From an uncultured Clostridia bacterium (GTDB taxonomy: Bacteria > Bacillota > Clostridia > Christensenellales > Borkfalkiaceae), in assembly GCA_964592605.1 (NCBI GenBank), contig CAZQFP010000001.1, positions 6,755-70,754 on the forward strand: DNA of 64,000 bases. Reading direction: 5' to 3'. Positions 25,112-32,090 of the stretch are shown one piece after another (within the stretch, counting starts at the first letter, position 1; each line of letters opens with the position of its first letter). Under the pieces are notes generated by a model. The model was not told the origin of the DNA. It saw only the letters and a program-made list of their open reading frames with translations, and did no database searches. A program made the translations under genes and the position numbers.

Positions 25112-25260
25112 GCGCGGGCCGCACCGATAGCCAATCAGTAACGTCGTGCCCGTAAAGATAGCCCGAAACACGGAAACTGAAACACTGCCGCGTGCCGCCA
25201 CGGTCGCCGGAGCGCAGCGGTGCGTAAAATAAAAAACTTTACCCTTCTACGAGTGTTTAA
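25112..25260 (-). repeat. cassette unit A3 (promoter-proximal unit, degenerate -10)
   Basis: Minus strand: TTAAAC instead of TAAAAT (25260-25255), AGGGTAAA, T-run, 18-mer (25224-25206), 80-nt core (25205-25126), 14-mer (25125-25112). Confidence 0.65.
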
Positions 25261-25448
25261 CCCAAATAGAATACACCTAAAAGCAATGTTTTTGCCTATC
25301 TCGGCGTTAAACTCGCTTGTCGTAGCACGCAGGCACGGCAAGAGGCGTTTTGGGTGTATTGACCGTGATTTTTCCGTAAAAATGTATTTTATATGGAGTT
25401 ATACACTCGTCCTAATTATAGCAAAGGGCAATTTTATTTGCAAACTTT

Positions 25449-25745
25449 TTATACGTTGGATTTTAATGCACTTTTCTGTTTTTTGTAGGTGGAATTGGCT
25501 TCGTCAATAAGATTTTTATTGGCGGGCTTAGGTTCGTAGTAGCCGCGTGTGTTCATCTGCGTATATATCGAATACTGGTTTTCGGCAACGCCCAAAAGAT
25601 TTGTAGAAAAATTTTTGCGCATAGATTTGGTGCTACCTTCAAACAGCGCGGTCGTATAAAGAGCCATAAGCTGTTTTTCGGATTCAAGCATATCCTGAAG
25701 CGCGTCCTTTTCGTTTAACATGCAATCGCTTTTTGTAAGTTTCAT
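25449..25745 (-). CDS. spore coat protein, CotF-like (coat F domain)
   Basis: 98 aa. The pattern LNEKDALQDMLESEKQLMALYTTALFEGSTKSMRKNF...AENQYSIY matches my memory of the coat-F-domain family. The start follows 2 nt after the upstream small gene. Confidence 0.65.
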   Translation of the reverse strand: MKLTKSDCMLNEKDALQDMLESEKQLMALYTTALFEGSTKSMRKNFSTNLLGVAENQYSIYTQMNTRGYYEPKPANKNLIDEANSTYKKQKSALKSNV

Positions 25746-25747
25746 TT

Positions 25748-25936
25748 TCAGCCCCCCAAAACGTTTAAAAGCGCGTTATAACGCTGTTCGTGTTCGTCCG
25801 CAATTTTCGTCATACATTCGGCAAGTTCCATATCGGTAAGTGTTTTCGAATACGCCCTTGCCTTTTTGCAGATAAGACCTTCGGCGCAAAGCGCGTCGGA
25901 GATGAGTTCAAGTTCCTTTGAAGTTATGTCCTGCAT
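25748..25936 (-). CDS. small hypothetical protein (62 aa), co-transcribed with the CotF-like gene
   Basis: GGAGG RBS 7 nt upstream of the ATG. Helical-looking sequence with conserved-looking Cys/Glu positions. No function recognised. Confidence 0.55.
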   Translation of the reverse strand: MQDITSKELELISDALCAEGLICKKARAYSKTLTDMELAECMTKIADEHEQRYNALLNVLGG

Positions 25937-26004
25937 AAAAAATACCTCCGCATAATGTTTTGACTTATGCGAAGGTTTTTATTCGGAAATTGAATTTATT
26001 TAGT

Positions 26005-26835
26005 TTACTGCTTTTTTTCGCCGCCGAATATATCGGCTTCGGATACGCTGTGCGCCGAAATTATCTGATAGTACGGGTCGGAAGAAAAATCGCGCTGTTT
26101 TGTGTACTCGCCGCCGAGAGCTTCGATAGCGTATTTAAGTTCCTGATACTCGATAAACGGAATATTCTCTTCGTCTATTTTGTCTAAAAGATATTTCAGC
26201 GCGCGCTCGTCGCCGTAGGACGCAAGATAGCTTGCGTGCATGGGAACGTTTTCTATATCGCCGCGGAATTCGCTGAGCAAAATTTCGAAAACCTTGTCGT
26301 TTTTTACTACCGAACGCGACATTATTTCAAGCATATATTCCCTGTCAACGCCCTTAGAATAATTTTCAAGCGCTTCACTAATTACAAGGTCGGCTTTTTC
26401 CTTTATGAAGTCCACGCACCTGTTTTTCATATCTTCGTCGTCGGTGGAAACGAGTATGGTCATATACTTTTTTATAGCCTTGTCGTCAGCGCCTATTAAA
26501 TTCATTGCATACTCGCGCTCGGCTTCCGTGCCGTCTAAAAGCGGCATAAGTTTTTCCACTTCGGCTTTGCTCTCTATTGCTTCGCACAAGAATTCGGAAA
26601 CGGGGATTTCCTGCTTAATATGTGCCCGCAAACACTTAATAAGCTCGTCGCCGTCCATTTCGCCGTAGTACTCGCGCGGGGTTTTTCCAAGCGACTTTAT
26701 AGTGGTGTCGCCGAAGCGTTGATAAAGCTGGGGAATTACGTCTTCCCATTCGCTTTCGTTGTATTTTTCGGAATTCTTCTTGACGTATTCGGCGAGCTTT
26801 TCGTCGAACATACCGTCGAAATCGTACAGTTTCAT
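26005..26835 (-). CDS. hypothetical protein (276 aa), helical-repeat-like
   Basis: I prefer the start at ATG 26835 (MKLYDFDGMF...). It has a GGAGAA RBS and an ATGA overlap with the stop of the upstream TPR gene. The ORF-track start at 26949 would add an Arg-rich 38-aa extension overlapping that gene by 118 nt. Confidence 0.6.
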   Translation of the reverse strand: MKLYDFDGMFDEKLAEYVKKNSEKYNESEWEDVIPQLYQRFGDTTIKSLGKTPREYYGEMDGDELIKCLRAHIKQEIPVSEFLCEAIESKAEVEKLMPLLDGTEAEREYAMNLIGADDKAIKKYMTILVSTDDEDMKNRCVDFIKEKADLVISEALENYSKGVDREYMLEIMSRSVVKNDKVFEILLSEFRGDIENVPMHASYLASYGDERALKYLLDKIDEENIPFIEYQELKYAIEALGGEYTKQRDFSSDPYYQIISAHSVSEADIFGGEKKQ

Positions 26836-28490
26836 ATTTTCTCCGTAATTTTTTGAACGCGCTCTTCTTCTATATCGAAAAACGCGCATACTCCGCCTTC
26901 TGCAACGACGGCTTCCTTTACGCCCGACCGCATAAATATTGCGGCGCAAAGCGCGTCCACGTCCTTAGCCGCATCCAGCCGCCCATCGTTTTTCAACTCG
27001 TCGTAAATGCTTTCCGCGGCAATCGCAAACGCCTTGCCGTGCTCGTCGTCGAGTATCGAAAAATGCGCAATGAGCCGCGCATATGCCTGAACGAAGCACT
27101 TTTTTTTGTTTTTGCCGAGTGCAAGCTGTTGCATTGTAACGCGCTTATAAACGTTGCATATAACCACGCCGAAGCTATCAAAACGGTTGCGCTCCGCAAG
27201 CGCGGTTAAAACGTCTATTTTAAGTTGGTCTTCCAAAAACGCGTTTAAAAGAATATCGCGCACGATACCGTCAAGTTCCGCCTTCACTGCAACCTGCGCC
27301 GCAAGGTATTGCAACTCGCCGCCGCCCTTGCCTTCGCACTCGTCAAAGCACCACAGCACGCACGACGACAAATCCAGCTCGGACGAAAGTTTTTGCGCCG
27401 CACCCTGCGAAAGCCGCATATATGCCGCAAGCATTTTAAGTGAAGATTCGCGTATGCGTTGCGGAAGTCTGTAAAAATAGCTTAACTCGGCTATATCACC
27501 GCTCTTAACCATAGCGCGCGCCGCATTATAGTAAAACCGCGCGGTTACCGCTTCGGGGTAAATTGTAACTATATCGTCGAAAGCCGAAAAGCTGTCTTCG
27601 TACTTTCCGCAGTTGAACGCCGACACCGCCTTAAAGTACAAAACGGTTAAATCGTATGCGTAATCTTCCGAAAGTTTGCAAAACATCGAGTACGCTTCGG
27701 CGTGCAGTTTGTTCTCGCAACATACCGTGGCTATTTTATAAATTTCGTCGGGGTTGTCAAGGTCGAGTGAAAGCAACTTTTTTGCAAGTTGCAACGCTTC
27801 GTCGCTTTTACCCGCTTCGGTCTTTACCGCGGCAAGCGTAGTAAGCGCCTGAACGTCGTCGGGACGCTTTTTCAAAATGTTTTCGCACTCGGCTTCGGCT
27901 TCTTCAATTTTGTCGGAAATAATATTGCACATCGCAATATAGTTGCGGGCGGACGAATATTTTTCGTTGCCTTCGCCCACCTTTGCAAACTCTTCCGCCG
28001 CCGCTTCGTACTCGCCGTTTTTCATGCGCGAAATGCCTTCCGAAATAATGTCCGAACAGTCTGCAAGCGCGGGCGGGTATACGAATTTTAAGGGATTTTT
28101 ACTTGTGGTTAAAAAATCGCGTGCTATCTCTTCGCGCATTTCGCCGTCTATCTCGTTGCACTCGAAAAGCAGCTTATTGTAGTAGTAAGCCGAAAAGTGT
28201 TCCGCGCCCAAATTCATATAGCTTACCGCAAGCCCTTCGTAGCATTCGGACATATCGCTCGGCGCGGCAAAGTCCATATACCTGAACCAGCCGTTAACGC
28301 ACTTTTCGTACAGCCCCAAATCGTCGAAAATTTCGGCGTAAAGCATATACGAATCTTCGTCGTTAAAGCCCAGTTGCGCGTTCTTGTTCAGCATTTTAAG
28401 CGCGCCTATAAAGTTGTGGTCTTCGACCATGTCGGCGGCCATGCCTATAAGCCTGTCCGCGCCAAGGTCTATCTTCAATGTTTTAGCCAT
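26832..28490 (-). CDS. TPR-repeat protein (552 aa)
   Basis: Multiple 34-aa-like helical repeats with small and aromatic positions (e.g. ALQLAKKLLSLDLDNPDEIY, AYSMFCKLSEDYAYD, YYNKLLFE). Function not assignable. Confidence 0.55.
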   Translation of the reverse strand: MAKTLKIDLGADRLIGMAADMVEDHNFIGALKMLNKNAQLGFNDEDSYMLYAEIFDDLGLYEKCVNGWFRYMDFAAPSDMSECYEGLAVSYMNLGAEHFSAYYYNKLLFECNEIDGEMREEIARDFLTTSKNPLKFVYPPALADCSDIISEGISRMKNGEYEAAAEEFAKVGEGNEKYSSARNYIAMCNIISDKIEEAEAECENILKKRPDDVQALTTLAAVKTEAGKSDEALQLAKKLLSLDLDNPDEIYKIATVCCENKLHAEAYSMFCKLSEDYAYDLTVLYFKAVSAFNCGKYEDSFSAFDDIVTIYPEAVTARFYYNAARAMVKSGDIAELSYFYRLPQRIRESSLKMLAAYMRLSQGAAQKLSSELDLSSCVLWCFDECEGKGGGELQYLAAQVAVKAELDGIVRDILLNAFLEDQLKIDVLTALAERNRFDSFGVVICNVYKRVTMQQLALGKNKKKCFVQAYARLIAHFSILDDEHGKAFAIAAESIYDELKNDGRLDAAKDVDALCAAIFMRSGVKEAVVAEGGVCAFFDIEEERVQKITEKI

Positions 28491-28510
28491 GTTATCGTAA
28501 GATATTATTT

Positions 28511-29329
28511 TTAAAAGAGTTTTAAAACGTCTTCTTCAAAAAAATCGTAATCGGTGTTGCAATAATGGCAGTGAACGCTCACTTTTCCGCGTTCGACTAC
28601 TATATTCAAAAGCTCCGCCTTGCCAAGGGGAAGTATTACCCCTTCTATTTTTTTGCGCGAACAGTTGCATTTATATTCGGGAAACGAAAGATACGAGCCA
28701 TATTTTAAAGTTTCTTCGGCAAAGTACCCGTTAATAATTCCTTCCGCGCCCAGTTTTGAAAGCACGCTAACCACGTCGGAAAAGTTCTGCATAGCGTCTT
28801 CGGCTTTGCGCATATTCTCTTCCTTAGCGCCTGGCATAAGCTGCATAACCACGCCGCCCGCGCAAACGCATTTTCCGCCCTGCATTTTTACGCCTATCGC
28901 AACGGCGGTATCAATCTGCTCGCTCTTAAAAAAATACTGCATTAAATTTTCGGAAACGTCGCAAGACTTCAACTCGCACGTTCCAGTAAACGGTCTGAAA
29001 AAGCCGTCGTCCTTAATTACGGTCATAGTGCCGCCGGCAAGTCCGCCGTCCGCTCCGTCTATATACCCGCGTATATGCCCCGAACTGTCGCCCGAAACGC
29101 TTACGGTTGCGCTTCCGTCGCCTGACTTTACAGTCAGCGAAACGGCTCCCTTTTCACTCTTCAAACAGCCTGCCATATAAGCGCATGCAGTAAGCATACC
29201 GCCCAGTATTTCCGCGCCCTTTTCGTCGAGATTGTGTATTTTTATAGCGTCGTTTACCATGTCCGTCGTTTCCAGTACGGAAAGCGAAACGTCCATTCCG
29301 TAAACAAGCGCCTTATACAGTTTGTTCAT
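28511..29329 (-). CDS. hslO: Hsp33 family redox-regulated chaperone
   Basis: 272 aa, the typical Hsp33 length, with the C-terminal zinc centre C-x-C (YKCNCSRKKIE) ... C-x-x-C (VHCHYCNTDYDF). Confidence 0.8.
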   Translation of the reverse strand: MNKLYKALVYGMDVSLSVLETTDMVNDAIKIHNLDEKGAEILGGMLTACAYMAGCLKSEKGAVSLTVKSGDGSATVSVSGDSSGHIRGYIDGADGGLAGGTMTVIKDDGFFRPFTGTCELKSCDVSENLMQYFFKSEQIDTAVAIGVKMQGGKCVCAGGVVMQLMPGAKEENMRKAEDAMQNFSDVVSVLSKLGAEGIINGYFAEETLKYGSYLSFPEYKCNCSRKKIEGVILPLGKAELLNIVVERGKVSVHCHYCNTDYDFFEEDVLKLF

Positions 29330-29397
29330 TATATGATTACCCTAACCTTAAATTCAAGCGGCAATTTTTGCATAAATCAATACGCACCGGCAACGTT

Positions 29398-30141
29398 TTA
29401 ATCTTTGCGGCAGATAAAGTTAATTCTCTGTTCCTTGCTACCGCCAAGGTGCCCTTCGGTTTGCGCCGTAAAGCCTGCCGCGTTCAAAGCCGCCAAAATT
29501 TCGTTTTCCCCGTATATATATTGCGTTTGACGCTCGTCCGAGCGCGTGTAATCTCCGTCCGTCCTGCGCGAAAACACGGTAATTTCCATATCAACACAGT
29601 CTTCTTTCAGCGTGTTAAACCACATGTACGAAAGCTCTTCCCTGTCTTCGCAAAATACGTTTGAACCGATGATATGTTTGAGTTTATACTCCGAACTTAT
29701 ATCGAATATAAACGCGCCGCCCTTTTTCAAACTTGCGTAAATCCTTTTAAAAGTTTGGCACAGCTTGTCTTTGGGAACGTAATTTATACAGTCGTTTACG
29801 GCGGTTATAAAATCGCACTTAAAGTCGAGCTTCAGCTTTGTTACGTCCTGCAATAAAAACTGCGCCGCAACGCCTTCGCTCCTTGCAATTTCCACAGCCC
29901 TATTCAGCATTTGCGGCGATATATCTGCGCCCCAAACGTCAAAACCCGCCTTATAGAGCGCGCGAGTAAAATAGCCGTTTCCGCACCCTATATCAACTCC
30001 GCGCGCGCCGCTTTTTAAGCCCAACGCGCGTAGCGTTTCAATTAAATACTGCGACCATTTTTCATAGCCGCAGTCGTCGTTTAAATATTCAAAAACCGAG
30101 CCGAGCGCGGAATACGCTCCCGAATACTCTTCATTTTTCAT
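29398..30141 (-). CDS. class I SAM-dependent methyltransferase
   Basis: Motif I VDIGCGNGYFT, motif post-I GADISPQML, and motif II-like FITAVNDCINY. ATGA overlap with the upstream gene. Confidence 0.75.
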   Translation of the reverse strand: MKNEEYSGAYSALGSVFEYLNDDCGYEKWSQYLIETLRALGLKSGARGVDIGCGNGYFTRALYKAGFDVWGADISPQMLNRAVEIARSEGVAAQFLLQDVTKLKLDFKCDFITAVNDCINYVPKDKLCQTFKRIYASLKKGGAFIFDISSEYKLKHIIGSNVFCEDREELSYMWFNTLKEDCVDMEITVFSRRTDGDYTRSDERQTQYIYGENEILAALNAAGFTAQTEGHLGGSKEQRINFICRKD

Positions 30142-31388
30142 TTCAATAAATTGTCCGAACTTATCTTTTTAGCCTTTTTGCCTTTCTTGCCGGTGGACTG
30201 CAACGCCTTTTCACGTTCGGCAAACAGCTTGTTGTACTCCACGTAAACGGGATCGTTTTTGTGTTCTTCTTCATAGCCGCTTATATCTGCCGAAAGTTTG
30301 GCTCTGTCCGCATCGGCGCGTGCAAGGTCTGCGCGGTTAAAAGTGAGCGAAGGAGTTTTAACAGCCGCTTCCGCCGCAATGGGCATTATAGGGCGGGCAA
30401 TCAGCTCGCTTTTGCCTGCGGCAAGCAGTTCCATTGCCGCTTTTTTGTCGCTTTCCTGTTTTTCAATAGCAAGTTCCTTTTCGCTCTTTTTGGAATTTGC
30501 ATCTTCCTGCGCCGCTTTTATGTTGGGCGTTACGTACAAATCGAAGCCCCACTGCGTGAACGAAAGCCAGCACATAAGCATAAACGAGAAGCCTATGAAT
30601 ATGAAAATTATCATAGCTATCGTTTCCGCAAAGCCGCCTATAAGATAAATCCATATGGGAATAAGCGAGAAACCCGCCATAAGCACGGTCTGCAAGGGTG
30701 TGCCCAAAATCATAACGAATGCGTTTTTGAAAAGCTGACCGAACTTAACGCGGTAACTGTTACCTACCGCAAACAGCCAGCCGCAGTAAACGCCCACGAT
30801 TACCGTGGCGATTATTACGAAAATCTGCGCCGTAATTGCGCCGGCTACGTTCCCGCCGGTTGCCGCAACAACGTCCTTCCAGTCGCCGATAACAACTGAT
30901 GCGAATACGAAAATCAAGAGAATAGTAACAGGCAAAACCGTTGAAAAATAACCGACTTTTATGCCGTGGAAAAAGTTTTTCAGCTTAAATTCGCCGTGCG
31001 TGTAAAGCATTTTGCGTATACAGTAAGTCGCACCAGATATGCCTATGGAAGCAATAAAGCCGGCAACCAGCAAAAGCGAATAGAACAAAAGGTCGGCGGA
31101 AAGTCTTACGCTTTCACTCCAGCCCTGAATATTGGGGTCGAAGGTTATAGCTATACTGGAATTGCCGGGACCAAGCGTTTCCATACCGCTTATATACGCA
31201 CCGCGGAAAACCATTACGGCGACGCCGGGAACTACCGTTATAAGAACAAAAATGTTCAGCAAAATAAGTTTAAAGAAATTAGACTTAAATATGGACCAAG
31301 TTTCGCCCCATCTGCCGCGAGTGGCAGGTTTTCTTATAAAGTCGTCGGCAAGTTCGTTGCCTTCGAGACCGCTTACATTTATAGCCAT
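30138..31388 (-). CDS. polytopic membrane protein (YesL/DUF624-like N-terminal domain) with Lys/Glu/Ala-rich C-terminal tail
   Basis: AGGGGAA RBS. The N-terminal WSIFKSNFFKLILLNIFVLITVVPG segment and about 6 TM helices resemble the DUF624 family as I remember it. The last ~130 aa are charged and coiled-coil-like. Confidence 0.45.
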   Translation of the reverse strand: MAINVSGLEGNELADDFIRKPATRGRWGETWSIFKSNFFKLILLNIFVLITVVPGVAVMVFRGAYISGMETLGPGNSSIAITFDPNIQGWSESVRLSADLLFYSLLLVAGFIASIGISGATYCIRKMLYTHGEFKLKNFFHGIKVGYFSTVLPVTILLIFVFASVVIGDWKDVVAATGGNVAGAITAQIFVIIATVIVGVYCGWLFAVGNSYRVKFGQLFKNAFVMILGTPLQTVLMAGFSLIPIWIYLIGGFAETIAMIIFIFIGFSFMLMCWLSFTQWGFDLYVTPNIKAAQEDANSKKSEKELAIEKQESDKKAAMELLAAGKSELIARPIMPIAAEAAVKTPSLTFNRADLARADADRAKLSADISGYEEEHKNDPVYVEYNKLFAEREKALQSTGKKGKKAKKISSDNLLK

Positions 31389-31514
31389 AAAAATTCCCCT
31401 GAATGTAGGATTGCTTGTATTATTCTATCATATAATAACGAATAATTCAACTGTTTTTTAAGTCATTTACGCATTTGTTTAAGCCGAAAAATGCTACCGC
31501 AAACCCCAAAACGC

Positions 31515-31682
31515 TTGCAAGTTTTTTATTGCACCGTTAAAATGCGCTTATAGGGCAAAAGTTTTTTATTTTCGCACCGCTGCGCTCCTGCTCAGACTAC
31601 GGTACAAGCGTTGGCTTTACTCTGTCAGATGCCGGTCTCAGTTACACTTTGGTAGTCGATTGGCTAGCGGTGCGGCCCGCGC
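31515..31682 (+). repeat. cassette unit B1
   Basis: TTGCAA (31515-31520), 17 nt, TAAAAT (31538-31543), AGGGCAAA, T-run, GCACCGCTGCGCTCCTGC (31574-31591, one G>T), 77-nt core (31592-31668), GGTGCGGCCCGCGC (31669-31682). The promoter spacer contains GTTTTTTATTGCACCG, a vestige of a further unit. Confidence 0.75.
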
Positions 31683-31692
31683 TTCAACTTAA

Positions 31693-31860
31693 TTGCTTTT
31701 TTATATCTCACATGCTAAAATGTGCGAAAGGGCAAACGTTTTTATTTTGCACCGCTGCGCTCCGGCTACTTTTACTATGCTGGCAATGCTTACAACCTTA
31801 CGGTAGGTGGTAGCCTTAACACTGACATCACTGCTTATTGGTTCTCGGTGCGGCCCGCGC
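31693..31860 (+). repeat. cassette unit B2
   Basis: TTGCTT (31693-31698), 17 nt, TAAAAT (31716-31721), AGGGCAAA, T-run, 18-mer (31749-31766), 80-nt core (31767-31846), 14-mer (31847-31860). Confidence 0.75.
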
Positions 31861-32072
31861 ATGAACTCACCTGCAAAAACAGGTTTACCCGTATTGCGTA
31901 TTTCAAGGAATACGTAACAGAAACGTTACGAGTTGAAGGGAACTTTGTCCTGCCTTGCAAAGTTATTGCATGGCGAACTTGACCGTCCTTGCGGTAACGG
32001 CGCAAAACAAGTTGCACTTTTATTCGCATTAGCTTTTACGTAAAGCGGGCAGGTCGCCCCCCTTACGGGGGC
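31861..32072 (+). ncRNA. conserved structured RNA-like segment ('scaffold') terminating cassette array B; class not recognised
   Basis: Hairpins: ACCTG-CAAAAA-CAGGT; CGTATT-TCAAGG-AATACG; GTAAC-AGAAAC-GTTAC; GCCTTGC-loop-GCATGGC; GCAA-AACAAG-TTGC; GCTTT-TACGT-AAAGC. Possible long-range pairing TCCTGCC/GGCAGG. Terminator GCCCCC(C)-TTAC-GGGGGC plus TTAAATTT (32056-32080). Confidence 0.55.
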
Positions 32073-32090
32073 TTAAATTTAAAAATAAAA

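Noticed and set aside
24424-25260. A CRISPR array interpretation of the repeat and variable-core structure.
   Set aside because: The repeat units are about 100 bp, only partly conserved, and contain a promoter. The variable parts are 77-80 bp and keep an open, amino-acid-conserved frame. Only 3 and 2 units are present. No cas gene or leader-like AT-rich region of the usual kind lies in the window.
24740-25260. A classical DGR template-repeat/variable-repeat relationship among the five cores.
   Set aside because: Pairwise differences between cores affect all four bases at most positions, not only positions that are adenine in one copy. No reverse transcriptase or avd-like gene is in the window. 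Only the GC-rich 3' boundary and the downstream structured RNA are DGR-like, and I keep those as an analogy.
24617-25341. ORF-track small ORFs across array A (24617..24892, 24666..24884, 24886..25134, 25135..25341 on the minus strand; 24678..25082 on the plus strand), considered as ordinary protein genes or RiPP-type precursor peptides with a conserved leader, follower and variable core.
   Set aside because: None has a Shine-Dalgarno sequence. Their start codons sit in non-equivalent positions: inside the -10 hexamer, inside the promoter spacer, or far upstream in a different unit. The 'leader' (AGGGCAAA plus T-run) is read in different frames in different units, and two of five units have no start at all. 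ORF 25135..25341 is in a different frame from the conserved one. No RiPP maturation enzymes (radical SAM, YcaO, LanM-like) are nearby. The conserved frame is reported as a finding, not as CDS features.
25421-25442. The plus-strand sequence GCAAAGGGCAATTTTATTTGC just downstream of the CotF-like gene, which resembles the cassette leader (AAAGGGCAA plus T-run plus TTGCA), considered as a sixth, inverted unit fragment.
   Set aside because: The match is short, lacks the 18-mer, and can equally be a weak hairpin (GCAAA/TTTGC) acting as the 3' end of the coat-protein operon. The evidence is too thin to call.
26836-26949. The upstream extension of ORF 26005..26949 (MRRNIYAVGRKGSRRCRRRSMRVFRYRRRARSKNYGEN).
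   Set aside because: It overlaps the 3' end of the TPR gene by 118 nt and is Arg-rich junk-like sequence. The internal ATG at 26835 has a GGAGAA RBS and an ATGA stop/start overlap with the TPR gene.
31722-31982. An 86-aa ORF (GTG start) covering cassette B2 and running into scaffold B.
   Set aside because: Same reasons as above. The part beyond VRPAHELTC is not conserved with the corresponding ORF in array A, which is interrupted by the MITE insertion. The scaffold shows RNA-type conservation (stems) rather than protein-type conservation.
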